A stretch of 64,000 nt of DNA, taken from assembly GCA_964276515.1 (NCBI GenBank), contig OZ193909.1:12896001-12960000 (forward strand), written 5' to 3'. The notes beneath the pieces are model-generated. The model searched no databases, was not told where the DNA came from, and was given only the letters and a program-made list of their open reading frames with translations. The DNA comes from Gordius albopunctatus. Its lineage: Eukaryota. Positions 48,523 to 61,357 of the stretch are shown here, piece after piece. The position numbers and the translations under genes are program-made. Numbering within the stretch: the stretch's first letter is position 1; every line of letters begins with the position of its first letter.

Positions 48523-51500
48523 ATGATCAATGGTGAGGTTAAAGAAACCTTGTCAAAAACAAAGTGGCCTTCTCCCGTTACTCAAAATTTATCAAAACCT
48601 GGAAAGTAATTATATTTGAATTACTGTATTAGTTTTAGTGTGAAAGCTGTTATATATGGAGCTCAACATCCACCATTAGCCCATCTTTCAGGGGCAAAGT
48701 ATTTTAAAAAATACAATCTATATATTACTAATGTTTTAAATAAGAAACTCCTCAAAATTGTAAATAATAATATTTTTTTATAGCTTTAATATAAAATTAT
48801 ATGTTTATCAATAGTGGTAGTAACTTTTTATCTAAACAAGAGAAGAATCTCGAGAAAAATCTTGTTCTGCCTAATCAACATAATTTACTTCATTCAGGTA
48901 TGTTAAGAACATTATTTAAATGTTGACTTTTTTATTGTTTTTTAAATAAAATGCCTACAATAATTTTAAATCTTCATTTGGTAACCCTTACTTTTTATAT
49001 TATAAATAATGATAATTTTAAGGTTTTCCAGATTTTCAAAAATACACGGATGATGCTTGGGATATAATTGAGATCAGTGATTGCTATGAGAATATGGATA
49101 GAGACAGTCCAACTGATAGTAGAAATAGACACCTCCATCATGGTACTTCAAACTATAGAGGAACAGCACACAGTAATACTTCAGGCAAAAATCCAGGTTT
49201 TGAAGTCATCCCAAAATGTCACATTATTGGCGCTATAAATGATCCAAATCTTGTTGATTCTTGCAGGGATTTGCTGAACAAAAAGTTGTCCTTAAGCTCT
49301 CCTAAAAAAGAGATTATACCTCCAACTCCTGCCTCCATTTATCCCTCATTAGGTATATATTTAATTTTAAAACAAACTAGAAATTTTTATCTGATGAGAC
49401 TTAAATAATTGTTAATGTATTTACTATTGAAATTTTTTTGATTTTTTTACATTTTACTAACTTATATTAAAATTTGTTTTGTCAAAGAGATTAACCCTTT
49501 AAGCAATTTCCTATCTTGCAACAAGTATTGTAAAAAGACATGGGTTTTATTTGGTACTTTTGATTTAACTAAGACTAATGGTTTACTCTGGTCTGTTTTT
49601 TAAATTTTGACTAAGCCTAGAAGTCAAATAAGAAAAAGAGACCAAAAACCTTAGACGTATGTTTATGTTTAGTCGACTAAAACCATAGGTTGACCAAACA
49701 AAAGCCACGTCTTTTTACAACACTACTTGCAACTATATTCATTTTAGATAAGTAGATTTGGATAAATTTTATAATTTTGATAAAAGATGATGATCTTAAA
49801 ATAGAAAAACAATTGCAAAATAAAATTCTAATTTTATATATACATGATGTTTAGTTATGTGAATAATTATTTATTAGCTGCCACGATATAGTTTTGACAG
49901 GCTTTTTGGGGGAATACTTATTGATTTTGCACCATATATATTGGGATACCTTTTTATATATGTTGTTGTAGATAAGAAACATTCCAAAACGCCCCACAAG
50001 GGACCAGGAGTAGGGAAAAGATGTTCATCTCCCGAATCCATCCGCGATCCCCAGTCTTTTCACGTCAATCATTCTCAAAGTGCCTCAACTAGTGCCAAGA
50101 TCAATCACTACCAAACAGCAGCCGAAATACTTCGATCCGAGCAAGAGATGCTGAGGATGGAAAAATTTTCGCGCCTCATGAATTCGGAAAAACTTGATAT
50201 AGGCAACATACACATTTTGTTAAAACTCATGCGATTTCTAACTTTTATAACCTCCTTGTCCCCCATTTTTAGCTAAAGATAGTTGTATTAAATTTTAGGA
50301 AATTATTATAACACTTTTTGGACCCTATTTTTAGCATTTGAAAACATGTTTTTCTGTAATATTCTTTCCCTTTGCGTTTCCTCAACCGAAAGTTACTTTT
50401 AAAATTAGTAGAGTGAAGTGAAATAATAAAGGGAAAACATATATTTTTCGTGATTGTTTTCAAATTTTATTTGATACATTATAGAAGAATTGACTCGTCT
50501 AAGTTGGTCCGGCATACCTCCCAAGTACAGACCCCTGACTTGGAAAATATTATCCGTAAACTTGTTATATTATTTCCTATTGTTTTTAGCGCTATAGATC
50601 AACCGAAAATAATCGTTTGCCGATTTCAATAGCTTAGCAAATGATTTTAACCTAACATTTATATATATTTGCGATAAAATTGTTTTAAACATAAATATTT
50701 ATTTATTTATAAAATATTTTTCTCTATTAAATGTTTGTTTATGATTAATATTATTTTCTATGCCTAGCACTACGTACCCGTGTGTTACGAGAGACGTAAG
50801 GAAACGTTGGAGCGCAAAAGGCGTGAATATTTTGCTTTCGTCGACAAATATTATCCCTCACGATTCGACGATACCCACAAAGACATGTACCGTCAGGTGC
50901 GTGATCTAACTCAAACTCCTTTTTATCCATTTTTTATTCCAAAAAGCTAAACGATGTCGCGTTCTGGTAAAATTTGATAAAAATATTGTATTTAGTTTAC
51001 CCTTCCATGGGCGTAACCAGGTTTTGGATTGGGGGGGGGGGGCAAAGCATTCAAAACTTCAATTAGGGGGGGGGGGCGACGCACATGTACCCGTCGCTTA
51101 CTTTAAATCGATGTTTAAGTTAGATGGTACCTAAAATGTAAAGCAGAAATTTTAAAGTATATTATGAATTTTAGCTCACTTGCCACCATTGCCTAATAGT
51201 TAAAAACATCATTTATTGTATTTGGGCTAATGCCACTCGATTTAATGTGATAAGACTCACTTTTAAGGTGTTGAAGGGCGACCGAATCTTTCAAGGCAAA
51301 TAATGAGAAATATTAAGTTGGAAGTTTTCTTCCTGGTGGAAAACACATTTATTTAGTGAGACCCGTTTTTTAACATTTTTAGCGAAAAAGTTTTTAGGGT
51401 AATTTAATACGCTTAAATTGATCTATTGGCTTTACAATTTGCTTTGGAGCGGGTAGGTTACGCGATCCACGTTTGTTTAATAATTACACAGACTCGACGC

Positions 51501-54500
51501 GAAAATTAATAAGAATTGACAGTTGTATTATGACCCCAAAGTTATTACTACCAGCTGTAAACTCTCGTTGTGGTTTTGCAAATGCGAAAACATTTTGCCT
51601 TTTGCACCTTCCTTTTTATACTAAAACTGGATGACGAATCGACGATCTGTTTTATATGATTCTAGATGACGCTACTTCTTATAAGGGTTGATGTTTTTAC
51701 TATATCAACTTAAATTATTTTAGATGTCTAATCTTTTAGAGTATTTTTTTATTTTTGGTGCTTTCATTTAATTAATGCTCATCAATCTAACATTTCCACC
51801 CTTCACTAATAATTTATAATTTAATTCACATTAGTTTAACCTTTATTAGTATGGAATTTAGTAAATAAACCCTAAAAAGTTTATTACAATTCATAGTATT
51901 TTTTTAAAATGAAAACAGATCCACATCGATATCCCTCGTATGAATCCATTAATTGATCTCTTTCAACAGCCCACCGTTCAAAATGTAAGTGCATGGTTAA
52001 TAGTAATTCATCGCTTATGCTTTCTGGCCTATCATGCTTTTATATTGAAATTTCGCTTCCACTTATAATTTATATTTATGGTAAACAACAATATTATAAT
52101 TTTTTTTTTGATTATGACTGTTTTATCGTTTTTAATATTAACATTGCTAATCCGGGCGCAGAAGTATTATTAACCATTTTCCAGCAATCAAGGTCACTAG
52201 TAAAATCTTATTTAAGTTTCCAACAAAACTATGGTAAAAATTGATAAATCATAAAATAATAATGAATTTTGTTTTGACCCTGATATGTGTATACAAAATT
52301 GAGTGACGAGTGGTTGTTAAATCTTTACCATATTTATGCCTATAAAAATGATATAAATCGTCATTTGACGTGCAGATGTTTGAACGCATTCTTTACATAT
52401 GGGCCATGCGACACCCAGCAAGCGGTTACGTGCAAGGAATCAACGATCTAGTTACCCCTTTTTTCGTCGTTTTCCTATCAGAATACGTGCCCGCCGGTAG
52501 GTTTGTCATACCTGAACAGTCTGTTTGCTAAAGTGTGATCCCAAGAATATGTTTTAGTAGAGGCCAGTAAATGCAAAATGCTTACAATCAAATTTGAAAC
52601 TATTATTTAGGTGTTTTTATTTATCTATACCCTTTTTAACGACTTTATAACTCTTACAGGATCTGAGTTTTATTTATGATATAGCAACTTTATATTTGCA
52701 TTACATACCCTGTACCTGTAGCTTTAATAAAGAGCTTTGTTTTTATATGTAAGAAATATCTTTTGCCAGGCTAGTATGAGCTTCTAGCAGTGCAATCATG
52801 GGCATAGTCAGGGGCGGCTACCCCCTCTGAATCCAAAAAAAACTTCAAAAATTGATATAATTATGGCTTAAATTACTAAAAAATGATCATTTTGCCCCTC
52901 CCTAAATAATTATTGACCCCCCCCCTCTGAATCCAATCCTGATTACGGCCATGAGTGCAATTAATAGTTTTTGTATACCGAGCAATCTTTATTTTTCTTA
53001 GGGACTAGCGTGGATTCCTTCCCAGTTGATACTTTGCAAGGGGATATTTTAACCTGTTTGGAAGCGGATAGTTTTTGGTGCGTTTCTAACCTGTTGGATG
53101 GCATTCAAGATAATTACACCTTCGCCCAACCGGGCATACAGGAGAAAGTGAATTTGCTCAAACACCTCGTTTCTCGCATCAACGGTTTTTATATTATAAA
53201 ACATTATTTACAGTACTATTTAAAAAACGGCTAATATAGTGGCTATAAATAGGATTTGAAATATTCGGAAAAAATTTAAAGTGTGAGAATTCCGAAATCT
53301 TCATTTTATAGGCAAATATAAATTAATCTAACAAAAATATTCTATAGGGTCGCCGTAGATATGGTCATATTTTGATAGGTACTTTAAGCATTTTCAAATG
53401 CCTCTTCATTTAAACTTATGAATTTTTTAGCGCATTTAGCGAATCGATTTAATTTTTTTATGATTAAAATTTATTTGGCGTCTTTGCTCTGTATGTCTCA
53501 TAGGTTTGTTTTAAAAATTTAAACGTTTATATAAATATTTTCAATTATTTTAGGTTTTAAGAGAAGCTTTATAATTACAACTTCTTTGTACTGGTGTGTA
53601 AAAACTTGTCACTTGTTGCCTAATATTGCATGAATTTTAAACTCACGATTTTTTCTATTTTTCTAATGCCATAAAAAGGTCGTTTATAGCCGTCACTTAC
53701 TCCTCTGATTTAGATTTGTTAACGTTTTAATCTAAGTAGTTTTAAGAGTTCGATCAAAACTTCGCCTGAGTATTTGTGCCTTAAGTTTAGTAGCTCTATC
53801 TTATTTTTAGGCACGATTGAGGATATTAACAGCCGTGTTGAGAATAGGCCTTTTTTGCCGAATCAACTCATTATTCCCAAGAACGACAATAAATAAAAAC
53901 GCGCTCTCTAGCCTTTTGGCTCCATTTCCTTTTCTCTAAAATCCCACCAGCATTTTTAAATAAAAAAGACGCACTCCACAAAATTTTGTATTCAGGCGCC
54001 TGTTTAAAAAATTTTAATCACCAGCATATCATACTCATTGAAAGTAATTATTATTTTAAAATTGGAATAAGTCTCACGATGATACTTACTTACTTTGTAT
54101 ATTTATTTAATAATGGTAGTTCCGTTGTATAATCACTTGCGAGCCAACGAAGTTGAGTACCTTCAATTCGCTTTCCGCTGGATGAACAATTTACTCATGC
54201 GAGAAATTCCCCTCAAATGCACCATTCGCTTATGGGATACCTATCTAGTAATCTAAACCCCCTTTTTATCCTCTTTACCGAAAGCAATAAGTTATAATGT
54301 GAAATTCGTTTATATATGTATGTTCGGCTTGGAGATTAAATGATGTAAGGGATTATCTTAATTGGATTTTTCTTAACTTAAAGGTCTAGAGCTAAAACTT
54401 AACTAAGCTCATCTTTATTATATTTGCTTTAAAAATAAATAATTTTTATGAATATTTTTTTCTTGATTTTAATACGGTTATTATTAGAGATTAATTAAGT

Positions 54501-55960
54501 TAGGTGAAAAATATTTCAATAGTAATGGGATATTTGGTTATTTTGATGCCCCTATCTAATCTCACATTAAGAAATTGTTATGCTCTTCTTCATGATTTGA
54601 ATTGGATATTTACGTTTAAATCAAATAAGGCTTAAAGCCAAAATGAGTATATTAATGATTAAGCTCCTGAGGCAAATCCTAATAGAACAATCATAAATTT
54701 TATTAAAACTGTATCCTTTCGCGCAGTTAATGCATGGAAAAACATAAAAGCGTTTTTTAATTTTTGCGGTGCTAGAGTTAGAATTAAGTGAAAGATGTTA
54801 AGCCTTCTATCCTTAGCTTGACTTAAAATTCATTATTACGAGTTTAATATATTTGTTAAAGCTGTTTAAAGACATTACATTTCGAAGGAATCTCTTCGAT
54901 TGATTCATTATCATTTTTTAACGCGTGTGTTGCTTTTGTAGAAACACTTTGTAAGCCAAAGTGAATAATTGACAAAAAAAGTATTATCTCATATTGTAAC
55001 CAGGCGGAGCCTAACGGATTCTCACATTTCCATCTGTACGTTTGCGTGGCATTTTTGAATGATTGGTCCGGGGAGATTTTGCGGGAGAGGGATTTTCAAG
55101 TTAGTCCATAATCTCGCCTTTTTAACAACCAATAAACTAGAAACTTTTGCTTTTTTTCATACGTTTTCGTGTAAATAGCGATATTAAAATTTCAAATCAG
55201 TCTTTTGAAGTTTGGTCGAAGTACTGATTTCACCTGTGAAATCATATTCTTTGAACTAAGGCCAAATTTGGTCTCTCTTGAAGGCTTTTTAGCCAAATCG
55301 GTCACATTGTTGATTTTCGTTATCGGTAATTCGCCTCACAATGATGCCATCAGTTTGTAGTATTTGTTGGAAGAAAATGTCTTTTATTTGTGTAATTTTT
55401 TAATGCATTTTTTAAAAGACCTTCTCATGAATTTAATTTTAATAAGCTTTTGTTGTCAAAAAATATCACGCTTTTTAACTTATAACCCTAAATTGCGAAA
55501 TGCTTTTTACATTAAATTTTAAAATGTAATTCAATGGTCAAAAATTGATCTTTTTTAGCTGGTTTCTTTATTCTTAAGCACATTGCTTAATTGTTATTGA
55601 TTTTCAAGTTGAATCGGCTTTGAGTTTAAAATATGTGAGAATTTTAGGTAAGATTTTAAAACCCATCTTTTAACCCCTTGTAAAACAATAATTGAAAAAG
55701 TATAATATTTTATGTATTTTTAGGGAATTATGTTGTTGGTCCAGAACTTGCCTACTAAACAGTGGGGCGAAAAAGAAATCGGGTTATTACTAGCGGAAGC
55801 CTTTAAGTTAAAATACATATTCGCCGACGCCCCTAGGCATTTAAGACCTCAAGAGAGCTCTAGTATAGCCTCACCCACTTACCCAGACTTGCATTCGGCC
55901 AATGCAAGTGCAGGAACCTCATCTAAGGCCAATTATACCGGAGGCGGTGCCGTCTGTTAA
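48523..55960 (+). CDS. TBC1D22: TBC1 domain family member 22 (Rab GAP, Gyp1-like)
   Basis: Exons 48523-48605, 48639-48698, 48814-48897, 49023-49352, 49972-50202, 50485-50555, 50768-50896, 51919-51984, 52376-52496, 53002-53184, 54120-54247, 55004-55099, 55724-55960. Motifs YGAQHPP, LSWSGIP, IHIDIPRMNP, HPASGYVQGINDLVTPF, QDNYTFAQPGIQ, YLQFAFRWMNNLLMRE, LLVQNLPT. Confidence 0.95.
49523..49725. mobile_element. hAT-type MITE (TGTTGTAAAAAGA family)
   Basis: AAGTATTGTAAAAAGAC...GTCTTTTTACAACACTA; perfect TSD CTTGCAAC. Confidence 0.85.
52797..52953. mobile_element. CATGGGCGTAG-family MITE
   Basis: CATGGGCATAGTC...GATTACGGCCATG; perfect TSD AGTGCAAT. Confidence 0.88.
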
Positions 55961-56806
55961 ACTCGCTACCCAATTTCTCTTAACTCGTTTTTTTGTGAGA
56001 TCAAACCCTCGCAAAAAATAAAAAATTTATGATAAGTTATTAAAATCGATTTTGTCTCGATAAGCGTTGAAATCGTTTTATCAAAGGGCCGCCCAAAGAG
56101 GGTTGTTCTTATCACCATTGTAATATATTTGAAATGATACATAAAACTCTGTAGTTTTTGGTTGACCACACAAGTTTTGAAGGAACCTGCAGGAGGATGA
56201 TCGTGTGAGGAGAAAATCGTTTCCTTTTGTTATATCTTTGCGAAATGTCAAAGGATTAAGTTGAGGTTGCCCAAATCCTCGTTAAAATACCTATAGTTTA
56301 GTTTTTACCACACTTGGGCTATGAATAATTCATTAATACGTTGTTGTTATTTATAAATATTATGCATATGCATGGAATATATGTTATTTAAAATACCTAA
56401 TTAACACATTCAAATTTCCTGTAAATTTTAACAATTGTAATTATTACATGCGTACATTATTATCATTAATTTATGTCACAAAAATAAAGGTTGTTTGGGT
56501 GAATGATGTTTTATGTTTTACCTAATATAATTTTGTTAACTTTACATGAGATAATATAAATATTAAAATTGATTGATATTTATGCATTGGCTTAGGGAGG
56601 GGGTGATTTTCGGCTTAGAACCCCTCCCATGATTTTTATTTTATATAATTTTTATATTGTATATTTAATAAAAATAAATATTTGTTGGAATTTTACTTTT
56701 ATTATTTTTACGTTATTGTCACTTTAAACTTTTAGGGAAAAAAACATTTTTATCCAAAAAATAGTTTCAAAAAATTTATAACCCCCCCCCCCCTTGAGGA
56801 AATCCT

Positions 56807-58176
56807 AGGTCAAACCCGTTTAATTGCAAAGCCTTGGGCCTAAAAAAATTCGCGATTAACCGATCTTTCGCGATTAAACGATGGAAAAAGATAAAATATA
56901 TAAAGACCTATAGTAAATATTTATATCTTACGCTTCGCAATAAAACGATATTTTATATAATTGTATGGTTGATTTAAGGACTCAAAAATGTTTGTGAATA
57001 TTAGTGCTGATTGAACGCGTTCATGAGCGGCGTTCTTTTATTTTTTGGTGAACTTTAAACGTGAACGCGTTCGAATTTAACGTTCGTTCAATTTTAAAAA
57101 CCCTTTTTTATTTTTATTTATTTGAAAATTAATGTTAATCCTAATTTTTAACAAAAAAGTATTTTATTTTTTAATCAGCTGTTTTTCCTGTTTCCTATTA
57201 CCAATTCCGAAATACTTTTAACATACTATAACGTGCAAAAGAAGATAAGATTAAAGTTAATTAATTTGATATTATTAATTATAGTTTAATTTATAGGTAT
57301 ATCGTCGTCATCTTTAGATTCCGAATACTCAAAATCAGCAGATGAATTGAAATTGCCATGGCCAAAATATGAAAAATATTTTTCACTCGTTTTATATAAA
57401 GGATCGAATTCAATAATTACCAAATGTAAAATGTGTCCAAAAAGTATTATCTCTGTATCAAGGTGGCCTTGGGTTAAACTTCGAGAAAATGAACCTTTAA
57501 AGAATAAACTTTTAGTGGTATTGAAAAAAGGGATTGAAACTCCTAGAATTGATAATGAAAGATCTGTCAATTCCGAGATATCATTTTTTGACGCGGAAGT
57601 AGAGGGCGGATTGGAGGATGATATCTTGTCGCAATTTTTTGAACCGAGGGACAAAACATTAAATGTTCTTAATAAATTTCCTCCTTTAAAAAATTTGTTT
57701 ATTAAGTATAATACTCCAATCCCCGAGCAGGTTTTTTGTATAGCTAATGCTGTATTAACTGCCAAGCGTTCCTGCTTATCAGGCGAGAATTTCGAAAAAC
57801 AATTATTATTAAAAATCAATAATTAAATAGATTATATTGATTTATAATTATATTGTCGAAATAAAACTGTTATTTTTTATCATGGCTATTTCCTGTATTA
57901 AAAAATATAAGACATTTATTTATATTAAATTTAAAAAAAATTTATCATAAAATTTTGAACGAACGTGAACGCGTTCTTTTTTTTAAACGAACGTGAACGC
58001 GTTCGATTTTTTTGCAAATGTTTATAGCACTAGTGAATATCCGATATTGTACTATTAAGCGATTTGTTAATAAACGATGTTTTTGTTAATATTATCGTTT
58101 GAAAAAAGCAAAATGGCGGTTATGTTCGCGATTAAAAGATTTCGCGATAGTCCGATTTGCGATTAAGTTTCGACTG
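56807..58176. mobile_element. Tc1/mariner- or pogo-type MITE hosting the hAT element
   Basis: GTCAAACCCGTTTAATTGCAAA versus TTTGCGATTAAGTTTCGACTG|TA; repeated CGCGATTAA motifs. Confidence 0.6.
57002..58032 (+). mobile_element. Internally deleted hAT DNA transposon with residual ORF 57347-57826
   Basis: TIR TAGTGCT/AGCACTA; perfect 8-bp TSD GTGAATAT; GAACGCGTTC subterminal repeats; ORF joins a BED-like start to the hAT C-terminal dimerisation motif. Confidence 0.92.
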
Positions 58177-58219
58177 TATAAAACATAACAAATTTTTGTA
58201 AGCAAATAGGCTTATAAAA

Positions 58220-58350
58220 ATTCCAATAGCTGTTTGTCACACTAAGGTGGTCAGCGTCTTTAGATATTTGGATGAGGGGTGACGCTCGGCTATCAGGCCT
58301 GGCAGCCGTGTTGACGATGTGACATATTTCATCTTTAAAGAATGCGCCGA
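58220..58350. repeat. Short dispersed repeat, inverted copy at about 62385-62520
   Basis: TGGTCAGC..TTTAGATATTTGGATGAGG..CTCGGCTATC..CAGCCGTGTTGA; partial third copy near 53825. Confidence 0.75.
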
Positions 58351-58899
58351 AGTAGGCTTAGAAAAATATTACGAATAAATCAAATAGTTAAGATCTCTTA
58401 TGGCCTTAATTTATTGTAAAATTTGGTTCGTATTTCAATGGGTAGCAGCAAGCGTTTAAAAAATTTTTTTATGCTTTATAAAAAAGATTTAAATAAACTA
58501 AAAATAGATAGTTAGCATTAAAAACACGTGTAGATACCTCAAAATTGTTTTCTTTTTAAAACAATATGGCAAAACGCTATTTAATTTAAAAATTTGCTTG
58601 TTTACCTAGAGAAAAAAAACTTGATTGGAGCCAATTTTATTTTAAAAAGGGTAAATACTAATTGTCTAAGGTTCGTGATTTATTAAAATATTCTAAAAAA
58701 TAATAAAAAAAATTAAAGTTTAGGCAGTTGTAAGATACTATTTTCATTGTCTTAAACTAAAATGGCCTGTTGCCTTTGGAATTCCATCTAAAGCCATATT
58801 TATGAAATAAAAAGTGGAGATGAAATTATTCAAAAAAATGAATGCAATTTTTGTCTCATAACTTTCCATTGATATTTATCTAAACATAATATTAAATGG

Positions 58900-59200
58900 T
58901 ACAATTATATAATAATGATATTAAAAAAACATCATGAGTAATATGTCTTCATCTTCCTCTTTTAGAAGAGGCCAGGAATCCAAAAAAGATTTGAAATTAA
59001 ATTTTGTAATTAAGATGGCTATTGATTGTTTCAATAAAAATGCAGGGAAATATTTGGAGGGAGGGGATTGCCTGCTGATTTGTTTGAATAAAGCCAACAC
59101 CATTTTTCCATAGGATCCTGAACAGGAGGAAACTATTGGGATGAAAATACTAGAGTCCAAAAGGGCATTGTATTTTTGGAGCTTGCGTTCTTCAGCGAGG
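58900..59200 (-). mobile_element. 3' fragment of a CRE-type element related to family B
   Basis: AEERKLQKYNALLDSSIFIPIVSSCSGSYGK..LLKQSIAI resembles the family B C-terminus. Confidence 0.75.
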
Positions 59201-59459
59201 GCCTTAGTTATGACTTGTTAACAACAATTATATTTACAAAATATTGCCAATAAATAATTTATGTTTATTTGTTTATTAAGTCAAATATAACAAGCATGAT
59301 GAATACTACTGATATTGCATCATTTAGAAGATTTGATAATATTTAGAGTTTGGTTTATACATATATGTCTTAAATAAAATATCACACTAGTGATGATAAA
59401 TATGTCCATCAAACATTCGATGTGTTGTGTGCGTTTGTTTGAGATAATATATTTGAAGA

Positions 59460-60097
59460 TTAATTTTGCTTTTTCTTGTAATCATTTAATGCTGCTTTAA
59501 TAGCATCTTCAGCCAGCACTGAGTATGTATAACAGATGGTTTAATTATAATAACAATGTAAATATAATTACTTGAGCAATGTAATTTAACAGGTGGAAGA
59601 CATAGCTCCTTTGCTATTTCAGAGTTTTTTATTTTGCCAGCCTCATCAATGGATTTACCTTTAATCCATTCTGTAGCCAAAGAGCTAGATGCTATTGCAG
59701 ACCCACAACCAAATGTTTTAAATTTTGCCTCAATTATTTTACCATTTTCATCCACCCTTATCTAATTAATTTACATAAAAAATGATATGTATATATGCAT
59801 AATTAAAATAAGATTAATACACTTATCCTTACTTGAAGTTTCATTACATCGCCACACGCAGGTGCACCTACAAGTCCTGTGCCAACATCTTTTTCATTCT
59901 TGTCTAATGATCCTACATTTCTTGGATTTTCATAATGATCAATAACCTTTTTATAAATAAAATAAATTGACGTTAGTTTAAAACATATTTTAAAACTGTC
60001 AATTGTCTACAAAACAATTTTAAATTACATTTTTATGATATAATCTAGTTAATGTTGATGTTATAGATTTTTGGGAAATTTTGCTAATTTTATACAT
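59460..60097 (-). CDS. ISCU: Mitochondrial iron-sulfur cluster scaffold ISCU, 4 exons
   Basis: Exons 60097-60029, 59946-59833, 59761-59572, 59518-59460; [69 protein letters not shown]. Confidence 0.98.
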
Positions 60098-61357
60098 ATT
60101 GAATTAAATATTTTATCAAAAAGGTACACCAACTCGTCAATATTATCAGTAACTTACTTTCCACATTGACTAATCAACAGCCAGTATTTATTCGCTTAAC
60201 TTATATGTAATAAAAAACTAATTGCATTTTTATCATAGTTCAAATAAAGGCATACATTTAATTAAGTTGTCTAAAATAGAAATATCATAAAATCATTGAA
60301 CAAATAAATTATGCAGAGTTCACTATATTGATAAATTTAAAGTAGATGGGGCTGCCTAAATAAATTTTATGAAAATATTGTCTCTACCTAGTTTAAATTG
60401 CCCGAGTATTTAATATTTCAATGGTGGTTTATCATAGCTCAGAATAGAATTTAAAGGAATAATCACTACCGTTATATGAATTGGGTATTTTTATGTGTAG
60501 TATAAATATTTTTATTTTCAAATATGTACGAAAAAACCTGCCTCGTCTTACAAAATGGGACGAGCACTCTATTTGTCTGTAGTATAAAATTAAAATAATT
60601 TTAATTTAGTTTATGGTCAGATCGATTCATATGAGATTATTTGAGGCAATTACCATATATTTGTAAATTTTAAAAGATCCTTCTGATAAGATCCATCTTA
60701 TTTAATTTGTCTAAGATCTGCTAGCAGATAATTTGGATTTAAGTTAAATTAAGACTTTGACTAAAATGTATAAAATTAATGTAATGCATTAAAGTTATAT
60801 AGCCGCGTTCAATTCTACTTACTATAAGTTAAACAAGATTGAATTCTTATATTATTTCATTCAAATAAAGGATGAAAGGCGGATAATTTAACTTCCAGTG
60901 GTATACTATGTATAAAAACCGTTTATAGAAGTCGACAGAACGTCTGAAAAAAGGAATATTAATAAACCGATCTTATATTTCAAGTAAAAATTTGAAAAAT
61001 CAATTTTATATCTATTTTAAGACGCAATTAGGGTTGAGAATATTCCAGCATAGGCTTGGAACTTTTCTACTAAAATTATCTGACTTGATAGACTAGCCCC
61101 ACTTGAGAGCTAACAATACCTTTAAAAACAATTATAACCAAATTATATTTAACACGTTGAACCTTAATAGTATAGCTTTTTACCCTAATTTGTATCTATG
61201 ATCATTATGTGCTGAAAAATAAATTTCATATCTTTGAAAAAAAAGATTACTAATTAATTCTTAAAGCCTATTTATTTTAAACCGCAAAGAATTTTAATTA
61301 AAAAATGAAAATATTTTTAGACAATTTAATCGTTACAAGTGAATTTTTTTATTAATT

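Noticed and set aside
57286..57819. 177-aa minus-strand ORF
   Set aside because: Antisense shadow of the hAT-derived ORF with no recognisable motifs
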